DNA of 53,120 nucleotides from Nemertoderma westbladi (lineage: Eukaryota > Animalia > Xenacoelomorpha): the NCBI GenBank assembly GCA_032718475.1, contig JAUCBJ010002613.1:1-53120 (forward strand), read 5' to 3'. Of this stretch, positions 39,469 to 51,040 are shown piece by piece; the first letter of the stretch is position 1, and each line of letters starts with the position of its first letter. Below the pieces are notes generated by a model. That model had not been told where the DNA came from. It worked only from the letters and a program-made list of their open reading frames with translations, and made no database searches. The translations under genes and the position numbers were made by a program.

Positions 39469-39929
39469 AGTAGTTCCAGTACTCCTCTACGGGAGTCCAT
39501 GCTGGGCTCTAACTGCTGAGGACACCAAATCTCTGGATGGCACATTCACAAGAATGCTACGCCGGGTACATTGTGTCAAGTACAATGCACACATCTCCAA
39601 CCAGACACTATATAACATTGGAGGTGTCTCATTGGTTCCCCCAAGCTTGACACTAGAACAAAATCGCCTCCGCTTTGCAGGACATTGCTTTCGCCGTGAG
39701 GACCAGCCAGTGCATAATCTTGTACTTTGGCAGCCTCATGGAGTGAATAAGCATGGTGGACAGCCCATGACTTTCTTGAGACGCATCTTAAAGGACACTG
39801 GCCTTAAAGATGCGGATGATCTAGCAAATGTCATGGGTGATAGGGAGTTGTGGCGGTGCAATTTTGTTGACAAGCCGGCACAGCATTCTTAAAAATGCAG
39901 CTGCAATGCAGCATGCCGATCCTAGTAGT
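39469..39929 (+). mobile_element. Second, heavily 5'-truncated copy of the RTE element
   Basis: Near-identical to 3918-4378, with two substitutions noticed. It is flanked by the direct repeat GTGATAGTGATAG (39454-39466 and 39928-39940). Confidence 0.95.
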
Positions 39930-41117
39930 GATAGTGATAGAGCCTAAATTAGACATAAAATTATAAAAATAATAAAATTAGACATTACAGAACTTGAACA
40001 ATAGTCTACTACCAGAGAATACGCATAGTTTTATAAACTTTAAAAATAAAATATCCGAATTGGCCTACATTATTATTTCAAAGTTCCCTCCACGCTCCAC
40101 CTTGTTTTTCGTTACAGCCTTAGGCTACCTCTGTCTGTACCATAGTAAAACTTTTACTGTAGCGTGTAGCATAGCTGCACATACTGACATAGCCCTATTA
40201 CAGATTGCATCAATTCAAAATTTGTGTTACCGGTACAGCTGACAGCGGTCAGGCCGCAGGCGGTAGGACTACTGCAGTACTGATGTGTCCTGCAGGGCTG
40301 TACTGGACTGCTGTAGGCTGTAGGGCTACCGGCTGACCTGTCTCTGTCTGTCTCTCTGTCTGTAGCCTTCGCTAAATGCTGAAATTGTCTACGCGAAATG
40401 TTAAAAGTGTGTCTCGGGTGGCCAGGCCTAGGCCTACCCCTCCTACCAGCCTACCGTGCAGCCGTGAACACTAATGTGGGCATTCCACAATTTGCCAATG
40501 ACAGAATGAAGTGGGTAGGTTCACCATGCAGCCATGTGCTGATGTGCCATGCACCATAAGCACCAACTGCAAACTGCCAACTTCTTAAATCAACTGTAAT
40601 TTTTGTTAACTAGTTAACTACAGAACTAATATACCGGTCAACCACTGAACCACTCAGCCAGTAGACCTACCTGTACTTACCTATGTAATCTGTAGACTTT
40701 AAATTGTACCGGGAATGAAACGTTCATAAATCAGTAAATAGGCCTACCGGTACTGTTGTCTGGCTGTACTGAAATACAGAAATGGGGTTTTTATTAGTGG
40801 CCAAATCAAAATAAACGAAATAAAAATGAATGACTAAATCTGACTGTCCTTAAAAAAAATAGCCATTACTGCATTACCGGTAATAAAATCTTTAGGCCTA
40901 CAATTTTTGGGAAAATTTTTTCCCGGTATTTTCCCGAGGAAACCGGGAAATTTGCGAAAAATATCAGAGTCTTTTCATATATAGGCCTAGACAATGTAGA
41001 AATGAATATGTGAAAATTTTTCTAAGTGTTTTCCCACCAGACAAGTGTTTTGGACACATGCGTTTTTTAGTGTATCAGTGCCCCCCAAACAGCCAAACCG
41101 GAAATTCCCGGGCAATT

Positions 41118-42577
41118 GGAACGTGGACAATTGCGACCCATTATTTTATTAAATTTGCTGACTCTTAATTGTACGGGTAGAAAACTACATTTAAATAACT
41201 AGCTACATTTTAAAATAGTGACTATATTATTCGCAATGTTATACGGTATTATGGAATGCTTTTTATATTAGTTTTACTATTAATTGTATTATAATTAGGC
41301 CTACTATAGTTACATTTCATTACCTGATTACATAGTTCAATAATTAATCCTATCCGTACTAAAATTAATAGATTACCGGTACTGCATGCAATCACGTTTA
41401 GTGATAGATTTTCATCTTCTGTGCCTATTCACAAATCTTTGAATATTTTACCTATCCAAGCGCTCGGCCTGCAAATAGGCCTACCAGGTTTTAATATTTA
41501 TGTATAATGTTTTAAAGGCCAATTGTCCAAGCGATTTAAACAATTTTCTAGAACTGACGCTGTCCATTGCCATAGAACACGGTCGGCTAGCCAAAAAAAT
41601 TTATATATTCCAATAACACGTATTCTTTTATCTCAAAGATCACTAAAATATCAGGTCCATTTTTGTGGAATTTATTGCCTATTTCAATTAAAGAGTGTCA
41701 ATCATTAAACATATTTTCTGATAAACTAAAAAAATATTTAATTAATGAACCGTAACTGCGGGGTCTATGTCTGGTGCCTTGGTCAGTTTTCATTGTGGTG
41801 TCGTTTACGGCTCGTAATATTAACGTTGTTGTCTATTCCGTTATCCACATAATTTGGGTTTACTTTATTTTTAACTTGGCGCCTTCCTTGTGTGTAATTT
41901 TTAATTCAAACGTCGTTCAAACAGATGGATCGTCACATTTAGTATTCATATATTTCTACACGTCGCTGTAAATTTAATTATATATAACGTATACGGTAGT
42001 AATTTTAATGAACTCATGTACTGTATTAAGTTCTTCCATAATCTCCTAAACGGCGCACAGCCACGTACTAGCTTTGCTATATTTCTGTGTTGCCCTTTTC
42101 ACTATTACCTAGTTAAATTTCAACATTACTTTTAAAACTTATTTCCCGGCACTTATTTCCAGGTATCTTAACTGTTTGTAAATACGTAAATTTTGATTGT
42201 AATTTTTTTGTTATGTATATTGTATGTACTTTATATATAAATTAGTGAAATAAATAAATAAACTGAAACTTACTATAGCTACATTTAATTACAGTACCGG
42301 TAGCTACATTTGAACAAAAGGGAGCGGTTGGCCTTACATTATTTGCAATTAGATATTCTGGAATAATGCGTAGAATTAAAATTAATTGTTTTGGCATAAC
42401 CTACGTCTGTACGTATATTGTTACCATTGTTCATGTATTATTTTTTTACTAGCTATTGATATAATATATTTGAAATTTATTAATGTTGTATAACTATGTA
42501 TTTATGGTCGGGTCGCAATTGTCTGAGTCGCAATTGTCTGGGTCGCAATTGTCCAGATCGCAATTGTCCTAACATCG
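41118..42577. mobile_element. Possible non-autonomous TIR element
   Basis: GGACAATTGCGACCC at 41125-41139 is inverted relative to four tandem ~15-bp GGGTCGCAATTGTC(T/C) units at about 42510-42570. Confidence 0.5.
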
Positions 42578-43106
42578 GATGTAAATGTGAATGAACCAGC
42601 AAACACAGAATCACCACCAAAAGATCTACTGATCATTAACGATAGATTAAGCCTGTAAAGGAAATGTGTAGTGACAGTGATGGTAATAAACGCGAACGAA
42701 CCGAGTGGGAGTTCTTTTTTTTATGAACAGCCTGTAATTCACCCTACCGGAGAATTGAATGCATGCCTTCAAAAGTGTATGTGAAGTGTTCCGGTACAGG
42801 TACGTTGGATAATCAGGCTTACAGTACAGTATTGTTTTCCGCATTAGAATCAGATTAGGCTAATAATACCGGTATAATAAGTCATTCTCCACTCCATCCT
42901 CTATTGCAGTCGTGGAATTTGATTATTAACTGAACCGTATATAGCTATGGTATATACGATAGTAGCTTTTGGTAAGTGTTCACAGTTCTGAAAGATTTCG
43001 TAGTGGTTGTGTATCAGTATATATAAACAGAAACACTAAACCGATGATATATGCGGAGTGCTGATCGGGAAGTTTATTAAGATAGCCTCGGAAATCTGGT
43101 GTTGCC

Positions 43107-44930
43107 ATGTCAACGAGTCCGGATCACCCGGTCGACATAAACCAGGCGACGGCGGCTGAGTTGGGTCGGTCGCTGGTCCGAGTGGGTCTGTCCCGCGCCC
43201 AGGCTATAGTGGACACCCGCAACGCCGTGGGCCCCTTTGTATCGGTGGACCAACTCTCCTCTATCGAGGGAATCTCTGCGGGTTTGGTCGACCAGAATCG
43301 CCATCGTCTCTACTGCACCACGCTGACCCCCTCGGTTTCCCCGACTACGAGGTCCGCCACGCCCGTCGCCATGAAACGCAAGTCGACCACGATGGCGGTG
43401 GGGCTGAGCGGCGGGGCGCTTTCCCCCGGGAAGAAAACCCGCGTGCGGGGGGAAACAGACTGCGACATGGAGGAGGACGACCCGTTGCCTAGCATCGGGG
43501 GGTCGCCAGCTGGTCCCACCGAGCTCTCTGATTGGTTGGCAACCTTCCAGGAATGGACCCCGACGGAACGCAGTAAAGCCTTACGGACTCTGGTTGAGAG
43601 CTGTTCGATAGAACACGTTAAAGAGATGCTGGCTATTATAGAGCCTCAGTTACAACGCGACTTTATTTCCCTGCTCCCCAGGGAGTTATCGCTTTATATC
43701 CTCGGCTTCCTCCTTCCCTTCGACCTGTGCCAGGCCTCCAAGGTCTCCAGACTGTGGCGCATTATGAGCGACGACCATCTGTTATGGCGTGATAAATGCC
43801 GATTAGAAGGCATCGAGTTGCCCGCGGCGTCTCCCCAGCAACACGGTTGCCCGTGGAAACGGGCGTACCTGCGCGAACGCGAGATGGACGAGAACTGGCG
43901 CTCCCGGCCGCTGCGATCCGCCAAGCTCCTCAAGGGCCACGACGATCACGTGATCACCTGTCTGCAGTTCCGGGGCGATCGGATCGTGAGCGGCTCGGAC
44001 GACAACACGCTCAAGGTGTGGGACGCCTCTAGCGGTGAGTGTCTGCGCACGCTGACAGGGCACACGGGCGGTGTCTGGTCCTCACAGGTCACCGACTCTG
44101 TGGTTATCTCCGGGAGCACGGATCGCACATTGAAGATCTGGTCGTTGGACAGCGGGGAGTGTCTGTACACGCTGTACGGACACACGTCGACGGTGCGGTG
44201 CATGGACCTGTCGGGGGACCTCGTGGTGAGCGGATCACGGGATGCGACGCTCAGACTGTGGGACATCAACACTGGAGTCTGTCGGCGAGTGATGATGGGA
44301 CACGTAGCAGCGGTTCGATGCGTTCAGTACGACGGTAACTACATCGTGAGCGGGGCTTACGATTTCGTTGTGAAGGTGTGGAATCCGTTGACTGAAGAGT
44401 GTTTGCACACCCTGCAGGGTCACGCAAACCGCGTGTACTCCTTGCGTTTCGACGGAGAGTTTATCGTTAGCGGCTCGTTGGACACCTCGATACGGATATG
44501 GAGGGTGTCTACGGGGGAGTGGTTGCACACCCTGGTGGGGCATCAGAGTCTCACCAGCGGGATGGAGGTCTGCGGGAACCTGTTGGTGTCCGGCAACGCG
44601 GACTCAAAGGTGAAGATCTGGGACATACCGTCCGGGCGGTGTCTGCACACTCTAGAGGAGGGGCCGAATAAACACCAGTCCGCGGTCACCAGTCTCGCGT
44701 TGTACAACAAGAAGTTCGTGATCACCTCGTCGGACGATGGGACTGTTAAACTGTGGGACCTGAGGACGGGGTTGTTTATACGCAATCTAGTGGTGCTAGA
44801 GTCTGGTGGCAGTGGGGGTGTCGTCTGGAGGGTCAATGTGTCAAACACTAAACTCGTTTGTGCAGCCGGATCTCGTAATGGCACAGAGGAGACCAAACTA
44901 CACGTTCTAGACTTTGGTATTCATAATTAA
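43107..44930 (+). CDS. FBXW7: FBXW7/Cdc4/Archipelago-family F-box WD40 protein with an N-terminal ComEA-like helix-hairpin-helix domain; single coding exon, 607 aa
   Basis: GCCATG start and an uninterrupted GC-rich ORF. It has a D-domain (WL..FQ.W...E...AL..LVESC...VK.M..IIEPQ.QRDFISLLP), an F-box, and WD40 repeats with FBXW7-diagnostic strings (LKGHDDHVITCLQF, GHTSTVRCM, SGSRDATLR, GHVAAVRCVQYDG, GHQSLTSGME, GPNKHQSAVT, ESGGSGGVVWR, GSRNGTEETKL). Confidence 0.96.
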   Translation: MSTSPDHPVDINQATAAELGRSLVRVGLSRAQAIVDTRNAVGPFVSVDQLSSIEGISAGLVDQNRHRLYCTTLTPSVSPTTRSATPVAMKRKSTTMAVGLSGGALSPGKKTRVRGETDCDMEEDDPLPSIGGSPAGPTELSDWLATFQEWTPTERSKALRTLVESCSIEHVKEMLAIIEPQLQRDFISLLPRELSLYILGFLLPFDLCQASKVSRLWRIMSDDHLLWRDKCRLEGIELPAASPQQHGCPWKRAYLREREMDENWRSRPLRSAKLLKGHDDHVITCLQFRGDRIVSGSDDNTLKVWDASSGECLRTLTGHTGGVWSSQVTDSVVISGSTDRTLKIWSLDSGECLYTLYGHTSTVRCMDLSGDLVVSGSRDATLRLWDINTGVCRRVMMGHVAAVRCVQYDGNYIVSGAYDFVVKVWNPLTEECLHTLQGHANRVYSLRFDGEFIVSGSLDTSIRIWRVSTGEWLHTLVGHQSLTSGMEVCGNLLVSGNADSKVKIWDIPSGRCLHTLEEGPNKHQSAVTSLALYNKKFVITSSDDGTVKLWDLRTGLFIRNLVVLESGGSGGVVWRVNVSNTKLVCAAGSRNGTEETKLHVLDFGIHN

Positions 44931-45552
44931 TCAGTCGTATCGGGTGGGAAACATCGAGCTAACGTTGGCAGTTAGCGAGTGAGACAGTCAGATGGGTTTT
45001 ATTTAATGGATTTTTTCGAACTCTTATTGTAATCCGTCAATCTGTAAAAATGGGAACCTTCAAACATTTAAATTTTAGTTGAATATTTTGTAAATTTAAA
45101 TCGTATTGATAGTGATTAGTCGACTTTTTATTGTCTCATTTGCATTTAGAACTATATTTCGATTTTCGGCACATTCGCGTGATTCATTTTTGTGGTTAAT
45201 TTTTATTTTAATTTTCCTTGGTTGACAGCAACTCTATTGATTAACCCAGTATATTTATTCATCCATTCAACATTGGCTCAGTTGTGGTTCTGTGTTGAAA
45301 CTTCACCAAGACGATCGCCTATTATATATATATATACGCCCCGTCCCCACCATGAAATGAATTTACTTTTAGGTAATTTGTAAATAATTTCATTATTGTG
45401 TATCGTATATGTTCCAAATATTTAGTTTAACATTTTGCAGATTATTTACAGCATGGCATGGTTTATTATTATATAACAAACAGTCGTCTTAGAGCATAAC
45501 ATAATGATGGTTTTAGTTTATTATTTTCTCTGCTGCCTCTATATAACCCACG

Positions 45553-45790
45553 GTGGTGAACAAGCAGCATTCCTTTGGGAAACAGAGTGGAAGGGTTTAC
45601 TGTGGAAGATCACCCATGGTGGTGAACAGGCATTCCTTTAGGAAACAGAGTGGAAGGGTTTACTGTGGAAGATCACCCATGGTGATGAACAGGCATTCCT
45701 TTAGGAAACAGAGTGGAAGGGTTTACTGTGGACGATCACCCATGGTGGTGAACAGGAATTCCTTTAGGAAACTGAGTGGAATGGTTTACC
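45553..45790. repeat. 63-bp tandem repeat, about 3.7 copies
   Basis: Unit GTGGTGAACAGGCATTCCTTTAGGAAACAGAGTGGAAGGGTTTACTGTGGAAGATCACCCATG. Confidence 0.92.
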
Positions 45791-47280
45791 GTAGAAGACC
45801 TTGGTGGTGGTTTTATCTGGTAATTATAACTCTATTAAATTGCGTAATAAGCGGTCTTTTGTATTTCCGCGTCTGAATTTAGAGTTAAAAAACAGGGTCA
45901 CTTTTTTTGTAAACTAAAATTTGAGATTTTATTTAAATTATATTTTGAATTTTTTGTAGATTTCGTACAAAAGTTTCCGCATTCTTCGGGAAAATGTCAC
46001 CATAACTTACTTCTAAACTATAATTTAAAATTCCTTCTGTTTATTTTTTATTTTCACATAAAAAAATAAAATCGTACGACGTGGTGATTTTCGTTTTTTT
46101 CCTTTTTGGTGTGAAAATATTTGTTTCCTATTTTGCTTAGAAATTATAATTTTTCTTTTTGTTTTGTTTTGTAGCTTATTATTTTTCCCTTTTTTTTGGC
46201 TTAGAAATTACTATTATTTTCTTTTTTTTATTTAAGAAATTTATATTTTTCCTTTTCTTGTTTTTCATATTACTTTTTCCTTTTTTTTAGATACATTTTC
46301 TTTTCTTGTTTGTTGTTTGACATTTAGTCAGTTGATATATAAAGTGGGGAGATAGGCTAACTCCACAGTTTAGTGTCACTCATGTTCTTGTCCGGACCTA
46401 CCGGGCTTGTATTATTCACAATTGCAGTATCCATTCTGTAAGCAGTGTCCTTACTTTTAGCCTTATGTATATGTATCCCACTGCACTAGGCCTACTACTA
46501 CACTACTATAATACTGCAAGGTTAGGTAGGATACAGTGACACTACTGCAGTTCCACTACACATACTCCTGTAACACAGACTTCATAAAAAAAATAAAATA
46601 TCGTTCTAAATTTTATAAAATTAATATCAATAAAAGGAAAAAAATTATTTTTATTCCTAAATTGTTACTTTGTCGCTCGATTGCACTTTTTTCCCACGGG
46701 AAGAAAAGTAATCCATAGGATTTCATTGATTTTACTTTTTTCGTGGCGGAAAAAGTAAAATAAAATATTTTTGGTGGAATTTCTTAAATTATATTACATG
46801 AGTTGAAAGAGCATCGAATTAGAATAGGTTTGCGCGTAATTTGAGCAAAATCCATTCACACACTCACAAGTTATTGCAACTTTAGTGTCTGCAAGGCGAA
46901 CTCCAAAACGGAAATCAATACCCAATATTGGTTTATGTAGTTAAGCGGCTCTCTAGTTACGTAATAAATATTCGAGAACACTAAATTATTTAACATTGAG
47001 TAAGGCAGCATCAGATCCATAAAAGGTCTATAATCACCACCGTAAAATCGTCCCCAGAAATTTTAATTTTTAAATAAAATTTATTTTGCAACCAATGATT
47101 TTTTATTTAAATTCAAGTGAAATTCTAATGTTCCCGCCATTTTTAGTGCTGCATTATGTTATTACACTAATTTTTCGTTGTCATTTTTATTTAAATTATA
47201 CATTTTCAATAACTTCAACCAAATACAACCATAATCGTAGCTGAAATGCATTATACTTAAAGAAGAATTTGTTATTAATA

Positions 47281-48485
47281 CAGGGTGTCCCGCGAAATTT
47301 GATACGATTTCATTTTTTAGTAAATCGCTGAAATGCGAACGATAATGCGATTTCTTGGTATCTTCTGAAAGCGAGTATCCTAATTTAGATGTTGGTTTAA
47401 GTTTCGATTAATTTGGTTGTTATGGAAGCTCAGTACACGTATTTGTATTTCATAATGATATTCCCCATAGTTCATAAGTTTACAACCAATTTTTAACTGC
47501 TGTTACTTATGTGAAAGAAATTTTTGTATGATAATTATTTAAAGCAATAAATAACTGCTGAATTCATTTAAAAATTATTATTATCTTATAATTGGCTGTA
47601 AATTAATTAATTTACTTTACTGTTACTACAGTATAAAGCCTATTGCATACAAAAATTAAAAAGCCCATTGAAATTTATAAGGAGGTCCGGCACCAAGGAA
47701 ATTACCAACTTAGGACTCCTCCTTAAGGAGGAAAAACCAGTAGCCGAGAATACATATGAACTATGGGGGATATCCATGACGTTCTATACAAAAGGCCTAG
47801 CAAACATGACAATATTTTGATATGGGGAGAGTTCTATAAAATTTTCTTTCTACAATTTGGTCGATGAACATAATTGAAGCATCTTCATTAAGCAAGATAC
47901 AAAATTTTATGGTAGCTAGTGTTTTAGATAGGTTTAGCTATAGTAATTTCGACCCTGGTTCCGACATCCTACTTCCTTTTATATATTTGTTCTAGAACAT
48001 AATATTTTGCTAAAATTACTAGCTAACATGTTCTGGAACATTTTCTATACAAATAGTAACAAGAACTAGCTACTACAAAATATTTATAGAGGGAAGTAGG
48101 ATGTCGGAACCAGTGTCGAATTTACTAGCTAAACCTAGCGAAATCACTAGCTACCATAAAATTTAGTATCTTGCTTAACGAGGAGACTTCAATTACGTCC
48201 GTTGACCAAATTGCAGCAAATGAAAATGTATATAACTCTCCCGATATCAACATATCTGAATAATTGTCATTCAGAAATTCGGCCTTCAGTTATTTGAAAT
48301 ACTGACATGTTTGCTGGGCCTTTAGTATAGAACGCCATGGGAATATCATTATGAAATACAAATACGTGTACTGAGTTTCCATGACACCCAAATTAATCAA
48401 AACTTAAACCAACATCTAAGTTAGGATACTGGCTTTCAGAAGATACCAAGAAATCGTATCAAATTTTGCGGGACACCCTACCCTG
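47281..48485. mobile_element. Tc1/mariner-type non-autonomous element, largely palindromic
   Basis: TA|CAGGGTGTCCCGCGAAATTTGATACGATTTC ... GAAATCGTATCAAATTTTGCGGGACACCCT. The outer arms are about 47281-47465 vs 48340-48479 and the inner arms about 47775-47980 vs 48085-48340. Confidence 0.8.
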
Positions 48486-49479
48486 TGTTACGAACGCTAA
48501 GAAATCTTGAAATATTTACAATAGTTATGAAAATTGATTTTCCTCACTCGTCGAAAAAAAGTTAAAAATAAAAGTTGTTTCATGCGCTATTGACTTCAGT
48601 TTATTATTTTAGTTAGAATAACGTGCCACTGTAACCTGTTCATTTCGCTTTCCCTTACTTGTCTATAACGTGTATTTTTGCGACGAGCTTTGTTCGGGGG
48701 CGTTTATTTTACTGGGGGAGAGGAATACACCAAGCTTAAATTTATTTCATTTGATGGCCATGCATAACATAGGCAATATTAAATTCTAAGAAATAATTAA
48801 CGAAATTATAATCAGTTTTCCCGAACTGGCAGTCTCAGTAGGACATCGACTAAGCGCATTGAATTGTGCAATGCGCTCTGGTTATAAGGACAATACTTTG
48901 GCCGAAATTTATATGATGCGTGTTGACTCCAGCTGCATTTATGTTACTTAGCAACTACTAATAAACAAAAAGGGGGGTGAGTCAGCCATTTTACTCTTGG
49001 TAAATTAGTCACTCAGTCAGGGGTCCAGAATGGGATTACAATTCACTTCATTTTCAATGAAATCTCATTAAATAGAAGTCAATTAGCCTCATGATAAGGC
49101 AGGGATTTCAAAATATTTGATATTTATTGTTATTCAATCGGCTATTGGGAGTGGTATAAATAGATAATAATTTAACCTGTGATTGGTCGACTTATTTCGG
49201 TTTTTATCAAAAGTCTGAAACTACCGGTACTGTCCGTGTAACCGGCAGACCATTCAACCAGTACTGTTCACTGTTATTATAGGCCTACTCCAGTATTCCC
49301 CGGTATACCCCCGGTGTACAATCTAAGATACACTGTGCCTACGTTTCACTATAGGCCTACCCTACTTATTTCAAATACTAAATTTCAGCATTTTGGAATG
49401 CAATGCACTATACTGGTATTATTAGGTTGTTCATTGTGATACTATAATGTAAAGACAAACCAAACTCAGACTTCAAGAC

Positions 49480-49772
49480 GAAAACATTGAGAATAAAAAC
49501 ATTGAGAATAAAACATTGAGAATAAAAACATTGTGAAAAAAAAACATTGTGAAAAAAACATTGAGAATAAAAACATTGTGAAATAAAAACATTGAGAAAA
49601 AACATTGAGAATAAAAACATTGTGAAAAAAAAACATTGAGAAAAAAACATTGAGAATAAAAACATTGTGAATAAAAAACATTGAGAAAAAAACATTGAGA
49701 ATAAAAACATTGTGAAAAAAAAACATTGAGAAAAAAACATTGAGAATAAAAACATTGTGAAAAAAAACATTG
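49480..49772. repeat. A-rich 13-16 bp variable tandem repeat
   Basis: AAAAACATTGAGAAT / AAAAACATTGTGAA units. Confidence 0.9.
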
Positions 49773-50100
49773 AATGTTAATACTAAATGTATGCCATATT
49801 TTCGTACTTACTCCACTGGTGCACAGTACCAGTATCGTACCGGTAGGTCATCATTACTTCGGAGTCTCTAGCGTATCTCCAATAAATTGTCTTAACTTTT
49901 CAATTTCGTAAAAGATAGACTTCACGATTATCTACAAGTAACAAAAATTTCAGCTCTGGAAAATGAGGCGTTCCGGGGAAATTTGGAGAGAGGGGGGGGG
50001 GGGGGGGGGGGGAATTGACGCAAATCCCATCTTGGCTAATTAATATCCCGCCTCAATGTTACATTCTCAATTTAGGGAAAGAAACAGTTGTGAACAGAAA

Positions 50101-51040
50101 TATTGTGTACCAAATTAGACATTGTGTACCAAATAAGACATTGTGTACCAGATTAGACATTGTGTGTACCAACTGAGACATTGTGGACCAAACGATACAT
50201 TGTTAACCTAATGAGACATTGTGTACCAAATGAGAAATAATGTACCAAATGAGACATTGTGTACCAAATGAGACATTGTGTGTACCAAATAGACATTGTG
50301 TGTACCAAAGGAGACATTGTGTACCAAATGATACATTGTGTACCAAATGATAGGCTACATAATGTACCAAATGATAGGCTACATAATGTACCAAATGAGA
50401 CATTGTGTACCAATGAGACATTTTGTACCAAATGAGATATTGTGTGTACCAAATGAGACTTGTGTACCGAATTAGACATTGTGTACCAAATGAGACATTG
50501 TGTACCAAATGAGACATTGTGTACAAAGTGAGACATTGTGTACCAATGATACATTGAGTACCAATGAGACATTTGTGTACCAAATGAGACATTGTGTACC
50601 AATGAGACATTGTGTACCAATGAAACATTGTGTACAAAGTGAGAAATTGTGTACCAAATGAGACACGGTGTACCAAATGAGTCATTGTGTACCAAATGAG
50701 TCATTGTGTACCAAATGAGACATTGTGTACCAATGAGACATTGTGTACCAAATGAGACAATGTGTACCAATGAGACATTGTGTACCAAATCATATATTGT
50801 GTACTAAATGAGACATTGTGTACCAAATGAGATTTTGTGTACTAAATGAGACATTGTGTACCAAATGAGACATTGTGTACCAAATGAGACATTGTGTACC
50901 AAATGAGACATTGTGTACCAAATGAGACATTGAGTACCAATGAGACAGTGTGTACCAAATGAGACATTGTGTACCAAATGAGACATTGTGTACCAAATGA
51001 GACATTGTGTACCAAATGAGACGAGACATTGTGTACCAAA
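50101..51040. repeat. Second array of the 19-bp AAATGAGACATTGTGTACC minisatellite, embedded in an inverted G-run MITE (49992-51137)
   Basis: Same unit and orientation as 11130-16975. The flanks are the reverse complement of the two halves of the 18183/18866 element. Confidence 0.93.

Noticed and set aside
43110-44896. Overlapping antisense and alternate-frame ORFs within FBXW7 (and within the retroelements)
   Set aside because: Expected by-products of GC-rich coding sequence, with no recognisable motifs.
43107-44930. Bacterial contamination explaining the ComEA-like domain
   Set aside because: The domain is in one continuous ORF with an unmistakably animal-type FBXW7 and is flanked by the same repeat families as the rest of the window.
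45553-45876. 63-bp repeat ORF (KQHSF...) as the next OSBP exon
   Set aside because: Only a 3-residue resemblance to OSBP AKQH, no convincing acceptor in phase, and no further similarity.
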